NCBI GenBank assembly: GCA_030697365.1
Contig: JAUYQH010000200.1
Location: 4,670 to 68,669 of the forward strand
Length of the DNA stretch: 64,000 nucleotides
Direction of reading: 5' to 3'
Source: Novosphingobium sp.
GTDB taxonomy: Bacteria; Pseudomonadota; Alphaproteobacteria; Sphingomonadales; Sphingomonadaceae
Positions 12,477 through 21,426 of this stretch are shown piece by piece (positions within the stretch are counted from its first letter, which is position 1; each line of letters begins with the position of its first letter). The notes below the pieces were generated by a model. It did not search any database. It was not told where the DNA came from and saw only the letters and a program-made list of their open reading frames with translations. A program made the translations under genes and the position numbers.

Positions 12477-13171
12477 GCCTTGAGCTTCTCGACGCAGAGC
12501 CGGAACGGAAACGCGCGGTACACCCGCGCGCCGCTCACCCCCGCCTCGGCGAGGATCGGCGGCCACTCGGCGGGGCGATAGCTGCGCGCGATCGACAATG
12601 TGCCGTCGAGCCGGACGATCCGGTGCCAGCCGAACACGCGCGCCAGCAGCGGGAATCCGGCGTGGGCGAAGGCGTGGCGGTGGAGGTCGTTGACCAGCCA
12701 GCCGACCTGGGCGTGAGTCTCCATGAAGCGCAGAAAATCGACTAACTGCGCGTGCGTCATGTGGTGCGCGACGAGGCTGGAAATCACGAAGTCCCACGAC
12801 TCTCCCGCCAGTTCGGCGTAGTCGCCGGTGACCCAGCGGATCGCCATGCCCGGCGGGGTGTGCGCCCGCGCCGCCAGCTCGCTGCGCGGGTTGAGATCGA
12901 CCCCGGCGAGTTTGATGTCGTGCCCCCGCCGCGCCGCCCAGCGCGCGATGCGGCGAAGCATATCGCCATCGCCGAAGCCCACGTCGAGTAGGCGGAAAGT
13001 GCGCCGCTCGCGATACTTCAAGGCGCGGTCGAGGAAGTTCAAGGTTGGCCGCGCCGCCATCGTCACGCCATTGACCTTGGCCAGATCGCCGACCACCGCG
13101 GCATAAGTCGCAGCGTCGAGATCGGGTGCGTCCATCAGCTCTTCGGCGATGACGCGTTGCTGGAGTGTCAC
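12473..13171 (-). CDS. Class I SAM-dependent methyltransferase-domain protein
   Basis: LLDVGFGDGD motif I, GVDLN, ISSLVAHH, NDLHR; GTGA-coupled to both neighbours. Confidence 0.88.
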   Translation of the reverse strand: MTLQQRVIAEELMDAPDLDAATYAAVVGDLAKVNGVTMAARPTLNFLDRALKYRERRTFRLLDVGFGDGDMLRRIARWAARRGHDIKLAGVDLNPRSELAARAHTPPGMAIRWVTGDYAELAGESWDFVISSLVAHHMTHAQLVDFLRFMETHAQVGWLVNDLHRHAFAHAGFPLLARVFGWHRIVRLDGTLSIARSYRPAEWPPILAEAGVSGARVYRAFPFRLCVEKLKA

Positions 13172-14190
13172 GGCGCCGACCGGAAGCGAAAACCCTCCGC
13201 GGCGAGTCCCGGCCCGAACGCCAGCGCGACCCCGCGCCTCACCGGCGGCCCCTCGATCAACCGCGCGAGAACGAACATCAGTGTCGCCGACGACATGTTG
13301 CCGACCTCCTCCAGCACGCTGCGCGATACGGCCAGCGCATCTTGCGGCAAATCGAGCCCGCGTTCCACCGCGTCGAGGATCGAACGGCCCCCGGCGTGGA
13401 CCGCCCAGCTATCGACCTCGCCCGGATCGACCCCGCCGGTGGCCGCCAGCGCAAAGTCCGGATCGGCCAGCCCTGCCGCGATCCGCCCCGGCACTTCGCC
13501 CGACAGATGCATCGCGAAGCCGCGGTCGGTGATTTCCCAGCGGATCAGCTCGGCGCTATCAGGCAGCGTGGTGGCAAACGGCGTTTCGAGCGCAAAGCCG
13601 GTCGGCTCCGCGGTGACCAGTGCCGCCGCCGCGCCATCGCCGAACTGGAGCATCGCCAGCAGCGGCTCCATCTCGTGCGCCTCCTGCAAATGCAGCGTCG
13701 ACAGCTCGACCGTGACCACCAGCACCCGTGCCGCGGGGTCCGAGCGGACGATATGGCGCGCGCTGCGCAATGCCGCGACCGCGGCGTAGCAGCCCATGAA
13801 GCCTACGAGCAGCCGCTCGACCGAAGGCGCCAGCCCCATCCGCCCGGCGATGATCTGGTCGATCCCGGGGGCGACGAACCCGGTGCAGCTGGCAACCACT
13901 AAATGCGTGATCTCGCCCGGATCGCCCAAGGCATCGATCGCCTGCATCGCGAGATCGGGTGCGGCGGTGGCGTACAGCTCCATCCGCTCGCCGGTGCCGG
14001 GAAGCGGCGAGTTTGCGTAGAACCCACCCGGATCGACCGGGCTGGCGCCGCCGCTGCCCTCCGTCAGGACCGACCAGCGATGCCCGATCCCCGATCGCGC
14101 CGCCATCCGGTCGAACAGCGGGCGCTGGCGTTTGTCGAGCTGGGTGCGGGCCCAGGCGATGAAGGCATGGTGGATATCATGGCCCGGCAC
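13168..14190 (-). CDS. Type III polyketide synthase (chalcone/stilbene synthase family)
   Basis: Cys-His-Asn triad in GFMGCYAA, VHAGGRSIL, GNMSSATL; also FGDGAAA and AFGPGL. The frame extends upstream (CYLNSVGTAVP) with no ATG/GTG/TTG, so the true start is uncertain (see findings). Confidence 0.93.
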   Translation of the reverse strand: MPGHDIHHAFIAWARTQLDKRQRPLFDRMAARSGIGHRWSVLTEGSGGASPVDPGGFYANSPLPGTGERMELYATAAPDLAMQAIDALGDPGEITHLVVASCTGFVAPGIDQIIAGRMGLAPSVERLLVGFMGCYAAVAALRSARHIVRSDPAARVLVVTVELSTLHLQEAHEMEPLLAMLQFGDGAAAALVTAEPTGFALETPFATTLPDSAELIRWEITDRGFAMHLSGEVPGRIAAGLADPDFALAATGGVDPGEVDSWAVHAGGRSILDAVERGLDLPQDALAVSRSVLEEVGNMSSATLMFVLARLIEGPPVRRGVALAFGPGLAAEGFRFRSAP

Positions 14191-14309
14191 CGCGGTGCCG
14201 ACCGAGTTGAGATAGCAGGACGGGGAGTTTGTGACGGCAATGGCCTAGATGCGGGTTCGAGCGCTATTTGTGCCTCCGCAAGGCGCGGTTCAAGCCCCGG
14301 CCCGCCCCA

Positions 14310-15080
14310 TCAGCCCCAGGCCGTGTAAACGCCGTATCCGCTGGTCAGTGTCAGCACGACGCCGACAAGGATCAGCATGTGCCTGGCGGGGATATGCTTG
14401 GCCGCCCAAGCCCCGAAGGGCGCGGCCAGAACGCCGCCGATCAGCAGGCCGAGTGTGGCTCCGGCAAGATCGGAAACGCCGAGCTGGACGATGAACGCCG
14501 CGGAAATCGCAACGGTCAAAAAAAACTCTACTGTGTTGACGGTGCCCACCACCTTGCGCGGTTCGGCCCCCTGGATCAGGAGGTTCGATGTGACCACCGG
14601 CCCCCACCCGCCGCCGCCCCCGGCATCGAGAAAACCGCCGACGAATCCAAGCGACCGCACGAACTTGACCTTGCGCTTGGCGGGCGCGCCAAAGTTCAGC
14701 CCCCGCCACAACAGAAACAGCCCGACGGCGGTAAGGAACGCCAGCACGAACGGCTTGGCCACCGCCGGATCGATCGAAGTCAGGCCATAGGCACCCAACA
14801 CGCCGCCGATCATCGCCGGCAGAAACAGCTTTAGGAACAACTTCCAGTCGATATTGCCATGCAGCACATGGCTCAACCCCGAGATCGCACCGGTGAAGCA
14901 CTTGACCACGTGGATTTTCGCCGAGGCTTGTGCCGGCGGCATTCCGAGCACGCCCACCAGCAACGCGTTGGAGATCACCCCAAATGCCATTCCCAGCGCG
15001 CCATCGACGAGCTGCGCGGCAAAACCGATGGCGATGAACGGCAGCAGGGCGGAAAGATCGAACGCGCCGAATTCCATCAA
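14310..15080 (-). CDS. Sulfite exporter TauE/SafE family membrane protein
   Basis: VDGALGMAFGV, GGGGGWGPVVT, GTVNTVEFF motifs; multiple TM helices. Confidence 0.88.
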   Translation of the reverse strand: MMEFGAFDLSALLPFIAIGFAAQLVDGALGMAFGVISNALLVGVLGMPPAQASAKIHVVKCFTGAISGLSHVLHGNIDWKLFLKLFLPAMIGGVLGAYGLTSIDPAVAKPFVLAFLTAVGLFLLWRGLNFGAPAKRKVKFVRSLGFVGGFLDAGGGGGWGPVVTSNLLIQGAEPRKVVGTVNTVEFFLTVAISAAFIVQLGVSDLAGATLGLLIGGVLAAPFGAWAAKHIPARHMLILVGVVLTLTSGYGVYTAWG

Positions 15081-15193
15081 TCCGCTCCGTAGCTCTACTG
15101 TGCGAGTAGAGATGCCAGGCAGGCTAGGCGAGCAAGATTAGCACAGGTGCGGCGAAGCGAAACTTCCCCGCGCTGGACCAGAGCGAGCGATCA

Positions 15194-15586
15194 TCAACGA
15201 ACGACGATCTGGGCGCGTTCCCAGGCGAAAGTCGTAATCAGACCGCAGCGGGCGCTCTGGATCGAAACGAGCACCTGATCGCCCTCGCGGTGCCAGCGGA
15301 ACGGCAGGTAATAGCGCGCGAAACCGCCGTCGCCGTCGGCGCGGATCGACCAGTCGAGCGGTTTCATGTCCCCGTTGGAGAGGAAGAACCGCGCGGGCGC
15401 TTCGGTGCCGAGCCCCGAGGCTTCGATGCGAAAGAACCGTCCTTCGCCGGTGACGCTCAGAGCGCAGTCGCCATCTTCCGCTCGAGCCACTTCGGGCCAG
15501 TCCGCATCGATTGGCTTGGCCCCCGCGGTGGCCGGGGGCGTGAGAGCCAGAGCAACGATGATCAGGGCGATTCGAGTTCTGGACAT
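15194..15586 (-). CDS. Secreted hypothetical protein (130 aa)
   Basis: Strong RBS AAGAGGAG before ATG at 15586; signal peptide MSRTRIALIIVALALTPPATA; two Cys; beta-rich. Confidence 0.75.
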   Translation of the reverse strand: MSRTRIALIIVALALTPPATAGAKPIDADWPEVARAEDGDCALSVTGEGRFFRIEASGLGTEAPARFFLSNGDMKPLDWSIRADGDGGFARYYLPFRWHREGDQVLVSIQSARCGLITTFAWERAQIVVR

Positions 15587-15599
15587 GGCCGACTCCTCT

Positions 15600-15615
15600 T
15601 GCGATCGGTATCGCA
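15600..15615. promoter_or_regulatory. CRP-family-like palindrome TGCGA-N6-TCGCA
   Basis: TGCGATCGGTATCGCA, a perfect 6-bp inverted repeat just upstream of the 15586 start; could instead be an RNA hairpin. Confidence 0.3.
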
Positions 15616-15652
15616 TGTCCGGCGCGCCCGCTGCCCCTCGTCCGCCACCGCA

Positions 15653-16381
15653 TCAATTCGGGACAGGCTGGCTCCGGCGATAGCGGAAGTACCACACTTC
15701 GTGGCCCTGCGCGCGGGCCTTGGCCTCGTAGCGCGTCTCGGGCCAGCCACCGGGGCGCTGCTGCCAGCTCTGCGGGCCTTCGGCGAGCCATTCGAAATCC
15801 CCGCGGAAGCGGCGCATGACCATCAGCGCGTGGCGGAGATAGACCGGGTGATCGGTGCCGAAGCGGAACTCGCCACCCGGCTTGAGCTTGCGCACAATCA
15901 GCCGCAGCGGTCCGTCGTTCATCATCCGCCGCTTGGCGTGGCGCGCCTTGGGCCAGGGATCGGGGTGGAGCAGATAGACGAAGCTCAAGCTCGCGTCGGG
16001 CACCCGCGCCAGCACTTCCAGCGCATCGCCGTGATGGATGCGGACGTTGCCGAGCGCCCCCCTCCCGCCAAGACCGTCACGGACATGGACCAGCGCCTGG
16101 GCAACGCCGTTGAGGAACGGCTCGGCGCCGATGAAGCCGTGGTCGGGGAGCAGGTCGGCGCGGAACGCCAAGTGCTCGCCCCCGCCGAAACCGATCTCGA
16201 AGTGGAGCGGGCGATCATAGCCGAACAAGCGCTCTGCGGTGACGGGGCCATCCTCGGGCACCGCGATCCGGGGCAGCAGCGTATCGACCAGGCCCTGCTG
16301 GCCGGCGCGCAACGGCTTGCCCTTGGCGCGGCCATAGAGCCGGTTGATCGTGGTCGGGTCACCCGGTTTGTGCGCGGTCAT
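15653..16381 (-). CDS. trmB: tRNA (guanine-N7)-methyltransferase
   Basis: EIGFGGGEHL, GAEPFLNG, LHPDPWPKARHAKRR, GTDHPVY, TRYEAKA. Confidence 0.96.
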   Translation of the reverse strand: MTAHKPGDPTTINRLYGRAKGKPLRAGQQGLVDTLLPRIAVPEDGPVTAERLFGYDRPLHFEIGFGGGEHLAFRADLLPDHGFIGAEPFLNGVAQALVHVRDGLGGRGALGNVRIHHGDALEVLARVPDASLSFVYLLHPDPWPKARHAKRRMMNDGPLRLIVRKLKPGGEFRFGTDHPVYLRHALMVMRRFRGDFEWLAEGPQSWQQRPGGWPETRYEAKARAQGHEVWYFRYRRSQPVPN

Positions 16382-16427
16382 CGGCGCGCGCTAGAGCGCC
16401 GGGTCGGGTCGTGTAAAGCCGTTCGGG

Positions 16428-16610
16428 TCAGGTCGGGCGCATTCGCTTGAGGATCGCAGCCATCTCGCGCAGCGCCTCGCGCCAGTGCAGGGGCGGTGGC
16501 ATCCGGCGCGGCGAAGCGCGCGGCGCGGCAGAGGCAGGTTCGGTCGGCGAAAGCCACGCCTGTCCGGCGATGAAGTCGATCGCTTCGGGCATTTCCAGGT
16601 AACTGGGCAT
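16428..16610 (-). CDS. Small hypothetical protein (60 aa) downstream of ctrA
   Basis: RBS GGAGAAG before ATG at 16610, GC-rich third positions, Pro/Ala linker between two helical ends. Confidence 0.55.
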   Translation of the reverse strand: MPSYLEMPEAIDFIAGQAWLSPTEPASAAPRASPRRMPPPLHWREALREMAAILKRMRPT

Positions 16611-16732
16611 GAGGCTTCTCCTGAATGGTGGCCCTCCCATTGTGCAGTGCAGCATTAACCCGCGACGATCGCGTTGGTTTCATGAATTCGTGGCGGCTGC
16701 GATTGCCTTTTACGCAATCGAGTGCGTCGAAC

Positions 16733-16765
16733 GAAAAACGGCCCGTCCCTCTCAGGACAGGCCGC
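16733..16765 (-). terminator. Rho-independent terminator after ctrA
   Basis: Minus-strand stem GCGGCCTGTCC / GGACGGGCCGT followed by a U tract. Confidence 0.7.
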
Positions 16766-16795
16766 TTTGGATAGCGCCACTTACGCCAGGTTAAG

Positions 16796-17491
<696 letters not shown>

Positions 17492-17578
17492 GTGGCGGTA
17501 CCCCTGTTCCCATAGCCCCGGTAACAAACCGTCAATCCGTCTTGCCGGCCATTAACCACAGGACTTCTGAAGAGAAAA

Positions 17579-17596
17579 GGTTAATTTGCGGTAAAC
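17579..17596. promoter_or_regulatory. Near-consensus CtrA box in the ctrA promoter
   Basis: GGTTAATTTGCGGTAAAC = TTAA-N7-TAAAC (one mismatch to TTAA-N7-TTAAC); extra half-site TTAACC at 17552-17557. Confidence 0.7.
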
Positions 17597-17638
17597 AACG
17601 GGAATCCAACGAGTCGCGGCGGGATTGCCACAGTGGGC

Positions 17639-18634
17639 TCAAGCTGCCGGGACTCCCAACGTCGCCGCGGCCTCGCGCAGTTGCCTGCTGGTCGCGCCGT
17701 CGTTCCTGAAAGCCGCCAGCGCGTCTTGCAGCGCCAGGGCGGCCTTCCGCTGCTCGCCCAACTGCATCCGGCTGCGCATGAGCATGATCCAGCCTTGCGC
17801 ATTGTTCGGGTTGGCCTTGAGCTTGGCCTCGAGTCCGTCGACCATGCCCTGGACCATCTGGTCCTGCGCGCCTTTGGGCAGCGCGCTGGCGGCCTGGATC
17901 TGGTCGCGGGTCGGGCCGGGGATGCCCGCGGTCGCAACGTCCGGGCCGGTTGTGGTGAAGCCATTGGCGGGGGGTGCAGGGCTGGCCGCGGCGAGCCGCG
18001 CGGCGACCTCGATCCCGTTCTTTTTGCCCACCGCCTGGATCACTTCGCGCACGTCGGCCACCCACGGCGCGTCGGCGGGCGAATCCTTGAGCAGCGCGAA
18101 CCATTCGTCGATCGCCGCCTGGTGCCTGCCGTCGAGATCGAGCCGGACCGCGCGGAAGTAACGCGCGCGCGGCTCCTTGGGGTCGAGCGCCAGCGCGGCG
18201 TCGAACGCGGCTGTCGCGTCGGGCGGAACCCCGTCGCCGTCCCTGCTCGCCAGCACCAGCGCCTCGCCCAACATCGAGAAATATTCGGGGTTCTTCGGAT
18301 CGAGCACGGTCGCGCGCTTCATCGCGGTCGCCGCTTCGGCATAACGTTCGGTCTGGTAATACGACCAGCCAAGCATCCGCCAGCCCTCGGCGTCTTGCGG
18401 ATTGGTCTTGAGCCGCGCCTCGAGCTTGGTGATGACCTCATCCACTGATGGCTGTGCGGCTTCGGCAGATGCGGCGGCGGGCGGTGCCTCGCGGTTGCGC
18501 CAGATCGCAATTCCGCCCGCAACGACCGCGATCGCCGCAGCGGCGGCCAGCGCGATCCGCCCACCGCGCGCCGGGCTGCCTGCGGGACTTGGCGTGATTT
18601 CTGACGGTGCGGCGGTGGTCTCGGTTTCGCTCAC
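17639..18634 (-). CDS. TPR protein, CcmI/CycH/NrfG-like cytochrome c maturation factor
   Basis: GTG at 18634 with RBS GAGGAG; one N-terminal TM helix; LEARLKTNPQDAEGWRMLGWSY and LEAKLKANPNNAQGWIMLMRS repeats typical of CcmI/CycH. Confidence 0.75.
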   Translation of the reverse strand: MSETETTAAPSEITPSPAGSPARGGRIALAAAAAIAVVAGGIAIWRNREAPPAAASAEAAQPSVDEVITKLEARLKTNPQDAEGWRMLGWSYYQTERYAEAATAMKRATVLDPKNPEYFSMLGEALVLASRDGDGVPPDATAAFDAALALDPKEPRARYFRAVRLDLDGRHQAAIDEWFALLKDSPADAPWVADVREVIQAVGKKNGIEVAARLAAASPAPPANGFTTTGPDVATAGIPGPTRDQIQAASALPKGAQDQMVQGMVDGLEAKLKANPNNAQGWIMLMRSRMQLGEQRKAALALQDALAAFRNDGATSRQLREAAATLGVPAA

Positions 18635-18849
18635 GGGGGCCCTCCTCAAAGCAGCGCAACAGCCGCGCGTATCGGGTGCGCGCAAGGCACTGGTCAAGCG
18701 CTTCGCGGCAAACGCCGGGCAAGTCGAAAATAGCGGGTGGAAATCGTAGCTTGTTTCGCTAAGGTCGAGTCAATCGGGGGTCGCAGCAGGCAGATACGGG
18801 GCGTGGGCACGATAGTGCCGCGACCTGTTGCGACGGGGGACGTACACCG

Positions 18850-21426
18850 GTGAGCCAGATCTACAAGGTAGCGATCATCGGGTCGGGGCCGGCGGGGATG
18901 AGCGCCGCGAGCCACGCCGCCAAGCTCGGCCTCAACCACGTCCTGCTCGAAAAGACCGACCACCTTTCCGATACGATCTACAAGTATCAGAAGGGCAAGC
19001 ACGTCATGGCGACGCCCAACCAGCTGATCCTGCGAAGCGACCAGGAATTCGACGCAGGCAAGCGCGAGGACATCCTCGGCAAGTGGAATGACCGGACCAA
19101 GGAACTCAGCGTCAACGTCAAGTTCAACGCCGAGGTCAAATCGATCAAGGGCACCGGCGATGCGATTGCCGGATCGATCCAGAAGATGGTCGCGCGCGCC
19201 CGCGACGGCACCACCACCACCACCGAACTACAGCGCATGGCTCCGCCCTACGAACTCACGCTGACCAGTGGCGAGAAGGTAATCGCCGAGAACGTCATCC
19301 TGGCGATCGGCACGCAGGGCAACCCCAACCTGATGCGCTGCCCCGGCGGTGACTTGCCCCACGTGACCTACCAGCTCGACGATCCCTATGTGGTGGTCGA
19401 TCAGCACATCACCGTGATCGGCACCGGCGACGCGGGGATCGAGAACGCGCGCGGGCTGGTTGAGGACGAGGTCCAGGGCAACGTCGTGACGGTGCTCAAC
19501 CGCGCCCAGAAATCGACCAACGTGCGTGAAAGCTTTGCGACCGCGAAGGAACCCAACGCCAAGGCGCTGGTCGATGACGATGCCGCGGGCCGCCTGACGA
19601 TCATGTACGAGACCGAGACCAAGGAGGTCGAACCCGGCTGGATCGTGCTGGCGACGCGCGACGGCGAGGAACGGATCCGCTGCGACCGGATCATCGCGCG
19701 GATCGGCTCGGCCCCGCCGCGCGGGTTCGTCGAGGGCTGCGGGATCGAGTTCGCCAGCCAGGACCGGCTCGCCTTCCCCACGCTGTCGCCGGTGTTCGAA
19801 TCGACCGCGCCGGGGATTTTCGTGATCGGCGCGCTGGCCGGCTATCCGCTGATCAAGCACTGCATGAACCAGGGCTACGACGCGGTCGAGTTCATCAACG
19901 GCAACACCAGCCTGAAACCTGCCGACCAACCGCTGCTCGACGCCAAGTTCGCGGGATTGCCCGGCAATCGCTCGGTCGAGCAATGGCTCGATTTCCTCAA
20001 GAGCAACGTCACCATCCTCGAAGGCATGACCACGCTGCAGCTGCGTGAGTTCATGCTCGATTCGGATATGCGCGCGTACCGCAAGGGCGAGGTAATCTTC
20101 GAAAAGAACGATCCCGGATCCTCGCTGTTCGCGATCGCAGACGGGCTGGTCCACGTCCAGATCGATCCCACCGACAAGTCCAAGATCGTACCGATCGAGA
20201 AGGGTTCGATCTTCGGCGAAGTCGGGCTGATCTCGGGCCGCCGCCGCGGCGCGACGATCGTCGCCGCCGAGGACACCGTCTGCGTCGAGATAAGCCGCAA
20301 CGCCGCGCTCAAGCTGCAGAGCCAGGTGCCGACCGCCAAGAAGGCGATCGAACGCATCTCGACCGAGCGCCAGCTGCTCCAGATGTTCGGCGCGGGGTTG
20401 AACCCGGCGGACATCAAGGAAGTGGTCGACGACGCCAAGATCATGCAGATCAAGGCCGGCGACACGATCCTGCGCGAGGGCGACGACGGCAAGGAAATCT
20501 TCGTGATCCGGGTCGGCTCGATGATCGTGGAGAAGATGGTCGGCGGCAAGCCGGTGTTCCTCAGCTACCTTCCCGCGGGATCCTACGTCGGGGAAATGGC
20601 GCTGATCGCGGGGGGCCAGCGCACCGCCAGCGTGCGCGCCGCGGTCAAATCCGAAGTCATCAAGATCGACGGCGAGAAATTCGAGGCGGTGCTCAGGACC
20701 AAGCCCGCACTGCTCGAACGCGCGCGCAAGGACATGGACTTGCGCCGGCAGACCAACGCGCTGATCGAATCGAAGAAGGATTCCATATCGAGCGTGGTCG
20801 ATCTGTGGTCGGAACAGGCCGAGTTCCTCGTCGCGCAGGGGCTGGGCGAGGCGACCGACGTGCTGCTGATCGACGAAACGCTCTGCGTCGGCTGCGACAA
20901 CTGTGAAAAGGCCTGCGCCGACAGCCATGAAGGGCTGAGCCGGCTCGACCGCGAGGCGGGCAAGACTTTCGCCCATCTCCATGTGCCGACATCGTGCCGC
21001 CACTGCGAACACCCACACTGCATGGCCGATTGCCCGCCCAACGCGATCCACCGCGGCCCCGACGGCGAGGTGTTCATCAACGACACCTGCATCGGCTGCG
21101 GCAATTGCCAGCGCAACTGCCCATATGGCGTGATCCGGATGGACAAGGTCCCGCCCAAGAAGCCTTCGCTGCTCAACTGGCTGTTCTTCGGAAGCGGCCC
21201 CGGCCCGGGCGAACCGCCTTACAAGTGGTCGAAGAAGAACATGAAGTACACTGGCAATCCGGCGATCGACGAATCGCTCGACCGCAAGAAGGCGGTCAAG
21301 TGCGACATGTGCGCGGGGATCGATGGCGGCCCGGCCTGCGTGCGGGCCTGCCCGACCGGCGCAGCGATCCGCATCGCGCCCGACGAGTTCCTGACCGTCG
21401 CCCGACTCGAAGAGGAGAGCGCGTGA
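18850..21426 (+). CDS. FAD/NAD(P) oxidoreductase fused to two cNMP-binding domains and a 4x[4Fe-4S] ferredoxin domain
   Basis: GSGPAG and GTGDAG Rossmann motifs; FGEVGLISGRRRGAT and VGEMALIAGGQRTAS phosphate-binding cassettes; CVGCDNCEKAC, CRHCEHPHCMADCP, CIGCGNCQRNCP, CDMC..ACVRACP. Confidence 0.9.
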   Translation: MSQIYKVAIIGSGPAGMSAASHAAKLGLNHVLLEKTDHLSDTIYKYQKGKHVMATPNQLILRSDQEFDAGKREDILGKWNDRTKELSVNVKFNAEVKSIKGTGDAIAGSIQKMVARARDGTTTTTELQRMAPPYELTLTSGEKVIAENVILAIGTQGNPNLMRCPGGDLPHVTYQLDDPYVVVDQHITVIGTGDAGIENARGLVEDEVQGNVVTVLNRAQKSTNVRESFATAKEPNAKALVDDDAAGRLTIMYETETKEVEPGWIVLATRDGEERIRCDRIIARIGSAPPRGFVEGCGIEFASQDRLAFPTLSPVFESTAPGIFVIGALAGYPLIKHCMNQGYDAVEFINGNTSLKPADQPLLDAKFAGLPGNRSVEQWLDFLKSNVTILEGMTTLQLREFMLDSDMRAYRKGEVIFEKNDPGSSLFAIADGLVHVQIDPTDKSKIVPIEKGSIFGEVGLISGRRRGATIVAAEDTVCVEISRNAALKLQSQVPTAKKAIERISTERQLLQMFGAGLNPADIKEVVDDAKIMQIKAGDTILREGDDGKEIFVIRVGSMIVEKMVGGKPVFLSYLPAGSYVGEMALIAGGQRTASVRAAVKSEVIKIDGEKFEAVLRTKPALLERARKDMDLRRQTNALIESKKDSISSVVDLWSEQAEFLVAQGLGEATDVLLIDETLCVGCDNCEKACADSHEGLSRLDREAGKTFAHLHVPTSCRHCEHPHCMADCPPNAIHRGPDGEVFINDTCIGCGNCQRNCPYGVIRMDKVPPKKPSLLNWLFFGSGPGPGEPPYKWSKKNMKYTGNPAIDESLDRKKAVKCDMCAGIDGGPACVRACPTGAAIRIAPDEFLTVARLEEESA

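Noticed and set aside
11388-12797. Extended starts in the ORF track (12797, 20994, 8551, 52406, 60908, 49417, 47616)
   Set aside because: The extensions overlap neighbouring genes and are non-homologous; coupled or RBS-supported starts lie downstream
16428-16610. sciP next to ctrA
   Set aside because: Lacks the SciP motifs (LPPxxTxRWVxxRKAxVV)
18804-18819. Sigma-54 promoter for the redox operon (TGGGCACGATAGTGCC)
   Set aside because: The best GGCACG register gives 9 rather than 10 nt between GG and GC; retained only as a palindrome
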